39,868 nt of DNA, from contig NW_021835524.1 in the NCBI RefSeq assembly GCF_006345805.1, forward strand, positions 1-39,868, in the 5' to 3' direction. Positions 23,276 through 35,800 of the stretch are shown here, in pieces (position 1 is the first letter of the stretch; each line of letters starts with the position of its first letter). The notes below the pieces were generated by a model. The model worked only from the letters and a program-made list of their open reading frames with translations, did not search any database and was not told the origin of the DNA. The position numbers were made by a program, and so were the translations under genes. This stretch comes from Octopus sinensis. Lineage: Eukaryota.

Positions 23276-23746
23276 CCTGAACCAAAGTACAATTGAAAAG
23301 AGTATGCAGTCTTGCCATGCTGCAGTCGGCTCATCAAGCCCTATCACCTGCAAATATCTTCCATTAGAGACCTGCCAATATTATTGTTCCAACATTTCAA
23401 ACAATGTCACTCACAGACTTCTCTACCTTTCTCTCTCTTTCATTTCATTCTTCTTCTTCTTGTTTTGTGTGTGTGTGTGTGTTGTGTGTGTGTGTGTTTA
23501 TTGGTGGTGGAGTTGCAGTTTCATTATTTTTGTATATTTTAATTGGATAATTACTGGATTTTGAAATTTCGTTTTTATTCTTTTCTTTTCCTTGTTTGTT
23601 AAACTTGTAAAACTGTGTATGTGTTTGTATTTTCGTGTGTGTGTGTGTGTGTGTGTTGTAGAAAAAGATGTCTTTTAGTTTTTTGGTTGTCCTGTGCAAT
23701 TGTAAGAATGAAGGTAAATATTCACATATATAAAAAAAAATTTTTT

Positions 23747-23957
23747 AAATGGGACAAGATCATAACAGGCGACAACAAAACATCTGGACAGTTGGACAAT
23801 ACTAAAATGGACAGGGAAAAACAAGGACGGGTCATTCGGAGCTTTCTAGCTAAAGTCGAGTTCCAGATCGTCATCGTAGTTTCGGCTAATTACACTAGAG
23901 ACTGCTCCAATCTGGCCAGCCCCATGAAAATCTAAGCTAAGAGCACTAGATTCTTTG
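23747..23957. mobile_element. Dispersed repeat, same family as 13080-13410 in opposite orientation
   Basis: AAGGACGGGTCATTCG...GTTTCGGCT...CTGGCCAGCCCC...CTAAGCT...TAGATT shared with the reverse complement of 13080-13410. Confidence 0.65.
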
Positions 23958-24068
23958 TAAGAAAGCAAGCGAAAATACCCGTTCTTGATTTAATTAAGCT
24001 GTGTTAATTTTATATGAAAATCATCACACACACTCACACACACACACACTTTCCTGAACTCTGTCGTT

Positions 24069-24212
24069 AGCTTCTTCAGTTTTTATCTACCAAATCCACC
24101 CAAAAGGATTTGGTCTACCCTGGATCATAGTTGAAGGCTCTCAACCTTGCTGACATGCTGCAGGACAGAACCTGGAACTATGTGGTTTGGAGGTGAATTT
24201 CTTAACACATAC
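24069..24212 (-). mobile_element. Old SINE family 1, head/CORE fragment
   Basis: GCTTCTTCAGTTTTTATCTACCAAATCCAC...GAACCTGGAACTATGTGGTT. Confidence 0.65.
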
Positions 24213-24364
24213 ATACCTATATATACATAAAACCACACACACACATACCTATATATACATAAAACCACACACACATATATATATATATATACTACACATA
24301 TATATACACACATACTCATACATACATACATACACACACACACATGCACTAGTCTATATATATA

Positions 24365-24688
24365 TGGACTCCTGAGAGTCCATCCATATAAGATTTTTGT
24401 GGGGTCCACTCAACAAAATAGTAAATGGAGATCCACTATAGTATTTTAAGGGCCCAGGAAAAAGTTTTGCTTTAGATGTATGTATTGGTATGTATTGCAA
24501 GAAACACCTAGGTTTCCTTTCCCTAACATTTTACATCCTACATGAGTGAATGTGGGGAAAAATAAAACCAGAATTTAAAAAGTATCTATAAAATTAATTT
24601 TTAAGCATCAAATTCTGGTGGGGTTCACCAGAATAAAATAGTAATCAAAGGGGGTCCTTAGATAAAAAAAATGTTTGAGAACCCCCTG
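24365..24688. mobile_element. hAT-like MITE fragment (one TIR visible)
   Basis: Ends TTTGAGAACCCCCTG, whose reverse complement CAGGGGGTTCTCAAA is a typical hAT/Charlie-type terminus. Subterminal GGGGTCC motifs. No left TIR or TSD seen. Confidence 0.5.
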
Positions 24689-24719
24689 ACTACATTCCAG
24701 AATGTAAAGATGTGAACAG

Positions 24720-24960
24720 TGGGGTTAGCTCAGAGCTTATGATTAAGGGACAGACAGGAGATTGTGGTTTCAATTCCTTGACTAGGTGATACATTGTTTT
24801 TGAGCAAAGCACATCTTTTCACATTACTCCAGGCCATTCCATTGTAGATGAGTAAAGCCTGTGACTGACCAACACCCCCATTCCAAGGGAATTTCCTAAT
24901 CTCGGTCCATTTTATGGAAACTGAGTAACCAATCCGATGAATTTGTGGACTTGGAGCAAT
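24720..24960 (+). mobile_element. Old degenerate tRNA/CORE-type SINE
   Basis: TAGCTCAG...GGTTTCAATTCC...TTGAGCAAAGCAC...TTTCACATTACTCCAG: A-box, B-box and CORE-like order. Confidence 0.45.
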
Positions 24961-25506
24961 AATTTCCTAGACTTGATGACGATGAGGTATGAGTGTGTGT
25001 GTGTGTGGGGGGGGGGGGTAGAATGGAATCAGGGAAGGACCTTAATACTTGCTATTCATTAATGGTTGTGAGAATGAAAATTTCCATGAATATGGATAAT
25101 AATGCGTAATTCTACCTGGCTGTTTGCAGGGTTTCGTTTTGTTTTTGTTTTTTTTTTTTTAATATTTTCATATTTTTGAATTTTTTAAATTTTTTCACAT
25201 TTCCAAACACACACACACACACACACAGAGTTGTTGTTTATGTGTGAAAATAATAGTATTTGAAATTATGAGAAACATCAAAAAATATTTTTTGATAAAT
25301 TACTTTTTAACCTTTAATAATTCCGTTTTTTTTTTCTTTTCTTTTCCTCATAAGAATTAGTGATAATTAATTCATAACTTAGATTATTTGATTTTAATGG
25401 AATTAATTCAGATTAGCTTGACATATTTAGCATGTTTTCTTAATTGAATAATCAATGCTTTGTTTTTCTCAAACACTTTAGAAAATAGACGGAACAAAGA
25501 AACCAC

Positions 25507-25551
<45 letters not shown>

Positions 25552-25563
25552 TGATGATGATGA

Positions 25564-26713
25564 TTTCAAATTTTGGCACAAGACCGGCAATTTCAGGGGG
25601 AGGAAGTAAGTTGATTATATCAGCCTCCAGTGCATAACTGGTATTTATTTTATCAACCCTGGAAAGCTGAAAGTCAAAGTTGATCTCGGCGGAATTTGAA
25701 CTCAGAAACATAAAGACAGACAAAATGCCACTAAGCATTTTTGCCCAGCATTCTAACAATTCTGCCAGCTCTCCGCCTTAATAATAATAATAATAATAAT
25801 AATAATGTTAATAATAATAATACTTTCTGTTATAGGCACAAGGCCTGAAATTTAGAGAAGGGGAATAGTCAGTTTCATTGCCCCCTTTTACTGGTACTTA
25901 TTTCATTGACCCTGAAAGGGTAAAAGGCAAAGTCAACCGCGGCGGGATTTGAACTCAGAACATAGTAGCAGACGAAATACTGCTAATCATTTCTCCTGGC
26001 GTGCTAACCATTCTGCCAGCTTGCTGCTCTTTTTAGGGGTACATTGAGGGTGTTATATATAGGGGTATATTGAGGATGTTATGATATAAGGGTTACATAA
26101 AGGAGGATGTAATGATAATGATAATGTTTTTATTAACCCCTAAGGGGTCACATAAACTTTCAGGACAATTCAGGATGATGCTGTGTGGCGTTTTCTAAAG
26201 GAGTGCATAATAACCGTCACGGTTCCTGATTTAGGCACAAGGCTAGTAAGTCAAGGATGGAGAGGTGTGGAATTTAGTTGGTAATTCTGACCACTGTACT
26301 TGACCGGTATTTTATATTATTGAACCCTGAAGAAATAAAGTGTGAAGTTGACAGTGAGGAATTTGAACTTGGAATGGAAAATACTTCAACCGCGTTTTTT
26401 ATTCTAGTCCTCAAATAATTCTGCCAATCCACCACCTTAATTAATATTAAAAAGAATAAAAATAATAATAATAATGATGATTTCAAATTTTGTTGGCAAT
26501 GTCAACTTTGGCTGGATTTGAACTCTAAACCTAAAGATGAACAAAAGGCCTCCATGCATTTTGTCTGGCATGCTAACAATTCTGCCCGCTCATCGCCGTT
26601 ATAATAAGAATAATAATGATAATAATAGTAATTTTTAGGTACTAGGATAGCAGTTTTATGAGGTGGTGGAAAGTGGATTACATCAACCCCCACTTTGTGA
26701 CTGGTATTTTATC
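25564..26713 (-). mobile_element. Head-to-tail chain of five SINE family 2 copies or fragments separated by (AAT)n
   Basis: Copies at 25564-25779, 25823-26030, 26222-26438, 26479-26600 and 26635-26713. The first four contain (A)TTTGAACT and TTCTGCC. Confidence 0.8.
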
Positions 26714-27680
26714 AATCTTAAGAATGGAAGGCAGTTTATTTTGACCAGGTTGATAAAATTGATAATTTGATGAAATGAACTGCCATCTCTAATATTTTGG
26801 GCTGTTGATTTAACCAACTACATTCATCCATCCCAGAAAATGTGTGTGCACACTTTAGTTAGAAATCCTTAATTATGTTGTTCTTATGCTGATTTCGGTC
26901 ATTGGACTACAGCCATGCTACTATTTCTATTACACACAAGTACACGCATGCATAATGGACACGCTCTCCCATTGAGGATAAGTGACCAGTTGTTTGATCA
27001 ACTGACCAAGTTACTCTATGTAAACTGGCCGAGTTGTCCATTGTCACAGGTCACCAGCCTCTATATAAACACTCAGAATAACACATTTTGTGACAAGGCT
27101 GTATATTTGTCACAGGTGCAATCCACTTCATGCAGGCTTCTTTACAGTCTCCATTTAGCTGTTTATTTCTTCAGTTTCACTTACAAAGTTTGGATTAGCA
27201 TGGGCCTGAAGTAAGACATATACCGCACACTGGAATTGAACCTGGGACCTCTTGGTTGTGAATTTAACAATTTGGACATGTTGTGTCCCATACCATATAA
27301 ATCTTTCACACACGCTCTCTTTTTATACACACACACACACACACATGTATTTCTCTGTGCATGTGTTAGTATTTTGATGAAGTTTTAAAATGCTAAACCA
27401 AATTTTCTTTGATGCAAACACTTCTGTTAAAACCTGGGTCTTTGATCAGGATAAGATTTTAACATTCTGTTTTGGATAATCTTCAGCACATTGACTGAGA
27501 AATTTTTTTTATTTTGTTCTAAAGTCTTTGAGATTTCTTTCATAGAGACTAATATACCATATCCTATACACACACATAGAGCTAGCCAGGCAGCCATCTA
27601 CATTAACTTTTTATTTTGTTTGATATAGACACACACACACAACTAACAGGCCATATATATATATACATACATATATATAT

Positions 27681-27708
27681 ATGGAAAACGGACGCTAAAT
27701 GATGATGA
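27681..27708 (+). mobile_element. Very short 3' remnant of the (GAT)n-tailed retroposon
   Basis: ATGGAAAACGGACGCTAAATGATGATGA is the reverse complement of the ends at 6287 and 38781. Confidence 0.45.
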
Positions 27709-29047
27709 TATATATATACATGCATACACACACACACAACTAACTAGCTATATATATATATATATATATACACACTTTCTCTAATCTTAATTTATACACA
27801 CACACACACACAAGCAACCTGGCACAGATATAAACCTCCTGTTTTATATATGTGTGTACATGTATGTATATACATATATAAAATTTGTTTTTAATTCTAA
27901 TTTGTTCTCGATGTATGCTTGACTCTGAAATCAAAAGTCAACTTTTTTCCCCTCTCAGAACAAATATTATTTCAGTTTCATTTTAAGACATGTCAATTTT
28001 TAAGATGTTTATGACTAAGACCTCTCCTCGCCATCATACAACACGATAATTGTGTTCGCTTCTTTTTCTAATTGTTGTTGTTAGTCTCGTAGTAGTAGTT
28101 GTTGTTGCTTTTTCTTTTAAATTTCACTGAAGCGATGTTACCAACCTCGTCTTCCTTCCGGTTAGTATTCCGTTGATGTGTACAAGGAGATGAGCAACTT
28201 AGGTTGTGTCTTTTTTTTTTTTTTTTTTGTCTTTTAGTAGAAAAGAAGAAGGAATTAAAAGCATATAAAAATAATAATGTTAATAATGAAAGGACTGAAA
28301 CGATGGTGACGATGATGGTGAAGTCTTTTCTTCTAATTTCAATCAGTTCTTGTGTATGAGTGACTTAATTTCGAGATTAAATTACAATCTCCCCCCCTCC
28401 CGCGTGCACTTCTTCGTTTTTCTTCCTTCACATCTCGGTTTGGTCCTTCTTGACTTTTGTCTGCCTGTCCCATCTCAAGTAGTCCGATATACGATTCCGA
28501 AATATTCACCTATAACACCTGATCTAGAGAGAGAGGGGGGAGGAGGAAAGGATGGAAGGAAAGTGGGAGGGAGACGAATTGTAGAGGGTGGTTGGTAACA
28601 TGCTGCCTGCACCAGTGATGTGTGTGTGTGTGTGTATGTATGTATGTGTGTGTGTGTGTGTGTTTGACGGAGAGAGAGAGAGAGAGAGATACGGGGCAGG
28701 AGGCGGGGGGACGAGATGCTGTTGGAGCCTACTACTGCAGTTTTACAACGGGCGATAGCAGCAGCAACAACAACAGCAACAATAACGAGTAATATAGCTC
28801 TTTTTTTAGTATTAATAGTGGCAGCAGTACATGTACATGTTATGATGGTTCATGGCCGATGGAAGTTGGTGAAGCAGATACATAGCGAATGACTTGCTTT
28901 TGAGATGATTGCTTCCGCTCTAATTGGTTGCGTTTGCTTTCATCATCACCGACGACGGCCACCCCCCATCCATCCATCCATCCATCCATCCCACCCCCCG
29001 TTCCCCCCCGCTTTCTCTCTGTCCTCCTCCTCTACCTCTCTCTCGCT

Positions 29048-29082
<35 letters not shown>

Positions 29083-29189
29083 GTTTTCAGCTTTTTACTT
29101 CTCTGTTAGCAGGTGGACAAATTTGGGCAGGTAGTGATGGTGTGATTAAAGCTGTCAGTTTTTACTCTCCAACATAACAAGAAATAATA

Positions 29190-29220
<31 letters not shown>

Positions 29221-29606
29221 TGATGGTGATGATGATGAAAAATAAAATTGAAACATTGACAGACCCACTTTGAGTTGTCAATTTTCCTTCTTTCTTTTTT
29301 TTCATTATTTTTGTTTTTGTTTTCCGAGAATTTTTTTTTCTTTTTTTTTTCCATTTTTATTTTCAAAATACTCTTTGATATTATCATCATCATCATCATC
29401 ATCAATTTTTTTTTTGTATATTTTCCTTTCTTTTATCTGGAATATGTTGACATTTTTTCTTTTCTTTTTTTTTTTACTTTAAGAATTTTCTTTGATATTA
29501 ACAACAATAATAATAATAATAATAATGTTATATACATACATAATATACATACATACATACATGTATGTTATGTATGCATGTCTATGTATAGTATATACAT
29601 ACATAT

Positions 29607-29649
<43 letters not shown>

Positions 29650-30189
29650 TATTTCTTTATCCAGAGTCTGTTGTGACTCCTTATTCCGTCTGAAACTCGC
29701 TTATTGAGTAATGAATGAGCTGCTGGTTGATTAGGCTAACATCACTGTATCGAGTTTAAGACGGGGCCTCAATAGCCTTTTGGCTGTTAATTTCTCCCGA
29801 CACTGGTACTAACATTAGCAGCCAGAAATTACGAGGCCTTGTAATTTCGGCGAGAGTTTATTTAGCTCCGCTTTTGATCTGTTAATTAAATCCTTCATCA
29901 CAGATTTTTCGGAACTCTCTATATATGCGAGATGTAGTTGTAATTTAAAGGCGAAGAAAGCAAGAAGGAATAATTTACTGTACAATATTGCAATTGTTTT
30001 TAAGCTTTTTTTTTTTTTTTTATTTTTACGTTCTTTATCTTTTATTTTTCTTTCTTTCTTTGTTATCAAGTCTACTCTTATTTCTTTATGGAAGGAAATA
30101 TTTCTGCTGAAATTGAGAAACTTTTTTTTTTCACAGCCTCTTTTATAATCTCTTAATTCTTTAAACTTATTCCATTTTAATGTTTATTA

Positions 30190-30224
<35 letters not shown>

Positions 30225-30465
30225 GTTATTATTAAGACAAATTTGTTATTATTCAAAAGAAATTATTTTCTGTTTGCTATAGTGGGGGAATACCCTCTGA
30301 TGACTGCCTCGCCTGTGTGAAACTGTTGAGAACTGGTTGGAATAAAAATAAATAGTTGACTTTTAATATGATTTACCCACCACATGCATTGAGTTCACTT
30401 CACATTTTCAGACAAACATACACACACATGCACATGTGTGTGTGTGTGTGTGTGTGTATGTATAT

Positions 30466-30620
30466 AACTGGTACTCCGTTGGTTATGACAGCAAGAGGGA
30501 ACAGGCTGCTCATGGAATCAGTATGTAAGTGGCTGAATACTCCACAGACATGCATACCCTGAAAGTATGTGACAAGGCTGGCCCTTTTGAAATACGGGTA
30601 CTAACTTGTTTTTACCAGTC
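30466..30620 (-). mobile_element. Fragment of another SINE family
   Basis: CTGGTACTCCGTTGGTTATGAC...GTGGCTGAATACTCCACAGAC...GTGACAAGGCTGGCCC, recognised as a common octopus repeat. Single copy here. Confidence 0.4.
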
Positions 30621-31273
30621 CACTCACACACACACGTGTAGCTGTGTGATATTAAGATGTCTGCTTTGCAAAACACCACTCCCAGTCTCAGGTTCCTAAT
30701 ATGTGACTTTGGGTAAGTGTTATTATAGTTGATACATGGAAACTGTATAGAAGCCCAGTACTTGTGTGTGCCTGCGTGCGTGCATACGGCAGCGATATCT
30801 GTTTTGTCCTGCAGCTCGTTATGCAAAGACCAGTGAAATTAGAGTACCTAACTTTGTACTTTACTTGGTACTACACTGTCAGGTAACTATACTTGGTACC
30901 TTACCATCAGGGATGAATCAGGAGAGCCATGGAATATTACCTCGAGAAGCATCGGTCAACTGATACTAGCATAGAAGAACATGTAAAAAAAATGATGGCA
31001 TGTGTGTATGTATGGTTGTGTGTGAAGTAAGTGTTGTTTGCTGGGTTTTCAAGCCCTTGTTGGTCACTATGACACATCCCATGCAGTTCCTGAGATAGTC
31101 TTAGTTTTCTCAATTTAAAGAACTTACAAGATTTTCTCTTTAATGATGCCATAGTTACCACTACTGTTATTTCTAAGACTAGTATTATATTCGACTTATT
31201 ACTTGTATGCAAGTAGCTGCATAAAGTCCATTCCATTCCACATCTCTATTATGGTCCTTTTCCAGTTATTTAA

Positions 31274-31496
31274 CCCTTTAGCATTCAAACCGGCCATATC
31301 CGGCCAAAATATTTAACCTGTTTCATATTGAAACTGACCAGAGCTCACCTCTCACCTCAGCCCTACCATGTCATTCTAAAACTAAAAAAAATCACATCAC
31401 TGCAATCTCTAAACTACAAGATAATGCAGGATTAATTCAAACCATTTTTAAATAAACAAACATCACATTTGACAGAATAATCTGAACAATAAAGGG
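31274..31496 (+). mobile_element. piggyBac-type MITE (family A) with TTAA TSDs
   Basis: TTAA(31270-73)|CCCTTTAGCATTCAAA ... TCTGAACAATAAAGGG|TTAA(31497-500). CCC/GGG termini, imperfect TIRs, 223 bp. Confidence 0.85.
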
Positions 31497-32991
31497 TTAA
31501 GTCTGGTTTGCTTAGAATTCTCATCAACTGTACCTGAAGTTTGGTACTGCATCGATTCCTCTGCCGTACTGTTTTGTGTAATGTAACCAAACTCTGCAAG
31601 TAGAACTATAGAAAGTAAAGAAACTAGTGATGGTCTGTGGTGGCAAAAGACAATTGCAGAAAGGTTCACTGTGGAATAAATTAAATTATCACAAGAAGCC
31701 AATGAAATTTGATATTCCTGGCAACAACCCTTCAACAGAGACACTATACCTATATTTCACTTTTTCCGAGAAATGAGTTGAAGTTGCACCTTTCTCGCTT
31801 CAATGATTCCCTTTTAGGGATATATTGTTGTGCCTGGGGAGGGTCATTCTCTTTTAATGACTTATTAATATTTAACACACTCACTGGTAAAGTTTCCACT
31901 CATTTACTTATTTGTTTTCCTTAAAATTTTTGTTGCGTCTTGCAACCTTTCCAATAGCCATTGACTTTTAGGGATAGTTTAGGAGGTAATTTACGCGGCT
32001 GCCAATTCATGGGATTTCAAATGCACGAGGGAAAATCCCTTGGCAACTGGTTTCAAGAATTCATTCTCATCGATCAGTTTTTGTTTTTTTTTACTTAGTA
32101 AACGCAAGAGCGGTGGAACCACAGAAATGGTTAAAACACTGGTCATGATGTTTTACAACATGCAGTTCTGTCATTTCACATCCATGGGTTCAGTTTCAAC
32201 CAAGATTATCTTGGACTTTCATTCCTCCATGGTCAAATGAGTACTGGCTAATTACTGAAGTCATGTGAATCAATTATAAATTTGGGACTTCAGTTCTACA
32301 TCAGAAATAATTACTTCAGTAAATGTAAGTACTTATATATGATGTTTTAATAACTTTGGTGAAATTTGTTGAGGACTTCTACTTTAGAATTTAGGGAACT
32401 GCATATAGGGATACCTCCCTGGAACATGGATATCAGCTTCTCATTTACATTTTTCCTAAATAAGAATGATACGACTAACTTGCTACAAGTGATCTGTAAC
32501 TCTTTTGATTCCAATCTGCCAAAACTACCAAAATCAAAGCTTTCATATCTAAATTAAAATATTCCATTATGGGTTGTTTTTTCTTCTTTCCTCTTCTTTC
32601 CTTTTTCATTTTTCAACCATCATTTTAATATCGCAAAAAGTGATTTAACTAAATCCTTCAATATGTGTGATTATTTTCCAAACTGGTTGAGACACATACA
32701 CTGTGAATTTCATTAAAAGGAAGGTCATTGAAAGGTTAATCCTTTTAATATAAATCAGCTCACCCCTCAAATCACCCATATTAATTTGTTCATATTTAAA
32801 TTAAAATCTTCATCAAAATTTCATGAATAATATAGATTTCAATTGGTCATTATCGATGTGTGTCTATGTATGTACATGTGTGTGTGTGTGTATGTGTGTA
32901 TAAATTATGATTCTACTTCAGACATTGGGTTTCAAATAGAGAGAGGGGTTAATTGATTAAATCAACCCCGGTATGTGCTTTGTACTTTATC

Positions 32992-33130
32992 AACTTTATC
33001 AAGCTGGTATTTAAAACATAAATTAACACAGAATTTTGACAGGTTTTGATTTCAATCACTTTAGGAACTAGGGAGTTGTATCACAGAACTAGGGGTGGGG
33101 GTCATCTCAGTCAGGTGGGTATCAAAAGGG
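32992..33130 (-). mobile_element. Truncated MITE family B
   Basis: Ends GGGTATCAAAAGGG|TTAA. Near-identical to 34898-35036. Confidence 0.75.
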
Positions 33131-33518
33131 TTAATCTTAAGGACATTGGCAAATTTGGTAAAATTTACTTATGCGAAACCCTGCCTCGATCCTGATTTCT
33201 TCCACTCCTCTATGAAATCGACCTTATCAACTATTAAAGGATAAAAGGACAAGGTGACCTCGGGGTACAATTTTTGAACTCCAAATGTAAAGGGCCATAA
33301 ATGACGACTGCAAAATACTTTCTCTACACCTTACTGATTCTGCTAAGACTGGTGTAATGCACAAAGTTATCTGATATTTTAATAATGCATGGCCACCACC
33401 TCTAAAGTCTTGATTCTGCTGAAAATTAATTAAAAATATATAGAGATTTTTCTTCGTAATGGAGAGACTACCTAAGTGGTTTTTAAACAAATTTGTTGCT
33501 CTGTCAATGTAGTTTTAG

Positions 33519-33960
33519 CTCTTTTGATACCAGCTTGTTTGAGATGGTTACTAGTTCTACGACCCAAACCTCCTGCTTCTATGTGATCTAAATTAAAACT
33601 TACCTAAATTTCATGTTAAATTATGGTTTTAAACACCAGCTTAATAACCCTTTCTTTTATGGGCACAGGGCCTGGAATTTGCAGGAAGGGGCCTTGTTGA
33701 CTGCACTGACCCCAGTATTCAACTGGTACTTATTTCATCAACAGAGAAAGCACAAAAGTCAAAGTCAGCCATTCAAACTTAGAAAGAAAAGACGGACAAA
33801 ATGTCGCTAAACATTTTGTCCACCTCGTTAAAGATTCTGCAGGCTCGTCACCTTACATCAGATTAATAATAGCAGTTATTTTACTAAATTCTTCATTATT
33901 TTAAAAAATTAATTTAAATGAAAGTAGTCCTTTATCGTTAGAAATATGATAATGAAAGGG
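33519..33960 (+). mobile_element. MITE family B interrupted by a SINE
   Basis: 5' half 33519-33647 (CTCTTTTGATACC...ACCAGCTTAATAA). 3' half 33863-33960 (GTTATTTTACTAAATTCTTC...GAAAGGG). Confidence 0.65.
33648..33856 (-). mobile_element. Diverged SINE family 2 nested in a MITE
   Basis: Reverse strand AAGGTGACGAGCCTGCAGAATC...AAATAAGTACCAGTTGAATACTGGGGTC. TTAATAA lies on both sides. Confidence 0.7.
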
Positions 33961-33970
33961 GAAGGGTTCA

Positions 33971-34402
33971 CCTTTTCATTACCAACCCAACTGAAACCGC
34001 CTCTGGCTCTGTGGTAGAAATGTCTTATTTTCATAAGTTTTGAATTAAAATCTTCCATCAAGCCTTAGTCACAATTTATGTTCCTAATACTAGCTTAATG
34101 ATAATTAAGTTATTTTACTAAATTCTTTGTTATATTTAAAAATTAATTGCAAGAAACACAGAGCATTTCAACAGAAATATGGTAACAAAAGGGTTAACCA
34201 TTTCATTACCAACCCGGCTGAAACCAGTTTTGGCTCTGTAGTAGAAATGTCTTATTTTCATAAGTTTTGAATTAAAATCTTCTATCAAACCTTAGTCACA
34301 ATTTATGTTTCTAATTAAGTTAATTTACTAAATTCTTTGTTATATTTAAAATTAATTGAAAGAAACACAGAGCATCTCAAAATAAATACGGTAACAAAAG
34401 GG
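33971..34402 (+). mobile_element. Two head-to-tail MITE family B copies sharing one TTAA
   Basis: TTCA|33971-34193|TTAA(34194-97)|34198-34402|TTAA(34403-06). Confidence 0.9.
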
Positions 34403-34828
34403 TTAAATCTGGAATTTAAATTTATTTACATACTGGAAACTGTGATAGAATAACGCGGTTAACGCTGGTGTTACGGTGATGTGATGTTGTGTTCAGTTGT
34501 ATATTTCAGCTGAAAGAAGTGTCGGAGGCTTTCCTCTGTAGAAGACAAAACACAGCATTGATGTTATTGCTGTTGTAGAGTGGGGTGTATGGGAGTGGTG
34601 GGTTCTAATGTTTTTCCCATTCAAAGAACCATAAACCACTAAGCATCACTTGCTATCTTAATCTGAATAAGCAGAAGAGTGTCCGGTGATAATGTCCAGT
34701 GATAATGTGAGCTGATGACAAAGGTGTAGCCATGCAAAAACTCTATAATTAAAGCATGGGTGGATTGGTGAGTGGGGTTTGTTTATGTGAAGGGAGGAGA
34801 AAAGAGGGTGCACAGTGGTGATTTCTGA

Positions 34829-35036
34829 TTTCTTTGTTACCATATTCCTCGTGAAATAGCCAAGTAGTTTTGAAAATAACAAAGAATTTATTGAATTAAC
34901 TTTATCAAGCTAGTATTTGAAACGTAAATTAACACAGAATTTTGACAGGTTTTGATTTCAATCACTTTAGGAACCAGGGAGTTGTATCATAGAACTAGGG
35001 GTGGGGGTAATCTCAGTCAGGTGGGTATCAAAAGGG
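34829..35036 (-). mobile_element. MITE family B, near full length
   Basis: TTTGTTACCATATT...GGGTATCAAAAGGG|TTAA. Reverse complement of the 9281 type. Confidence 0.75.
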
Positions 35037-35107
35037 TTAATCTTAAGGACATTGGCAAATTTGGTAAAATTTACTTATGTGAAGCTTTGGCTCTATCCTG
35101 ACTTCTT

Positions 35108-35509
35108 AGAAATGTTAGCACGCCGGGCGAAATACATAGCCATATTTTGTTTTTCATTACATTCTGAGTTCAAATTCCGCCGAGGTCAACTTTGCTTTTC
35201 ATCCTTTCGGGGTCGATAAATTAAGTACCAGTTACGCACTGGGGTAGATGTAATCTACTTAATCTCCTTTGTCTGTCCTTGTTTGTCCCCTCTGTGTTTA
35301 GCCCCTTGTGGGTAGTAAAGGAATAGGTATTTCGTCTGCCGCTACGTTCTGAGCTCAAATTCCACCTAGGTTGACTTTGCCTTTCATCCTTTCGGGGTCA
35401 ATAAATTAAGTAATAGTTACGCACTGGCATTGATGTAATCGACTTAACCCCTTTGTCTGTCCTTGTTTGTCCCCTCTGTGTTTAGCCCCTTGTGGGTAGT
35501 AAAGAAATA
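35108..35509 (+). mobile_element. SINE family 2 tandem dimer
   Basis: Junction GGAATA|GGTATTTCGTCTGCC at 35325/35326. Confidence 0.9.
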
Positions 35510-35607
35510 TATAATCAGCGAAAATAACTTTCTTTAATACTGCTCTTTGAAAAGGCATGACCATCACAACTTTGTATGTCTGCACAATTGCACCAACGCT
35601 TAACAGT

Positions 35608-35800
35608 GTGGCAGAAATGGTAAAGAGATGGTCTGAAAATGCCTTCTAAGTATTTAGTTTCAATCTTGCACTGTTCTAAGTTCAAATTCCACTGGGTCGT
35701 TGACTTTCACTTTTGTTCTTCGAAGGTCAATTAAAGTACCAATATTTAAGAACCGGGTTAATTCACGTGGTTACAACCACTCCCCTGCACAAATTGGGTC
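35608..35800 (+). mobile_element. Old SINE family 2 copy
   Basis: TGGCAGAAATGG...CTAAGTTCAAATTCC...TTGACTTT...AAAGTACC. Confidence 0.55.
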
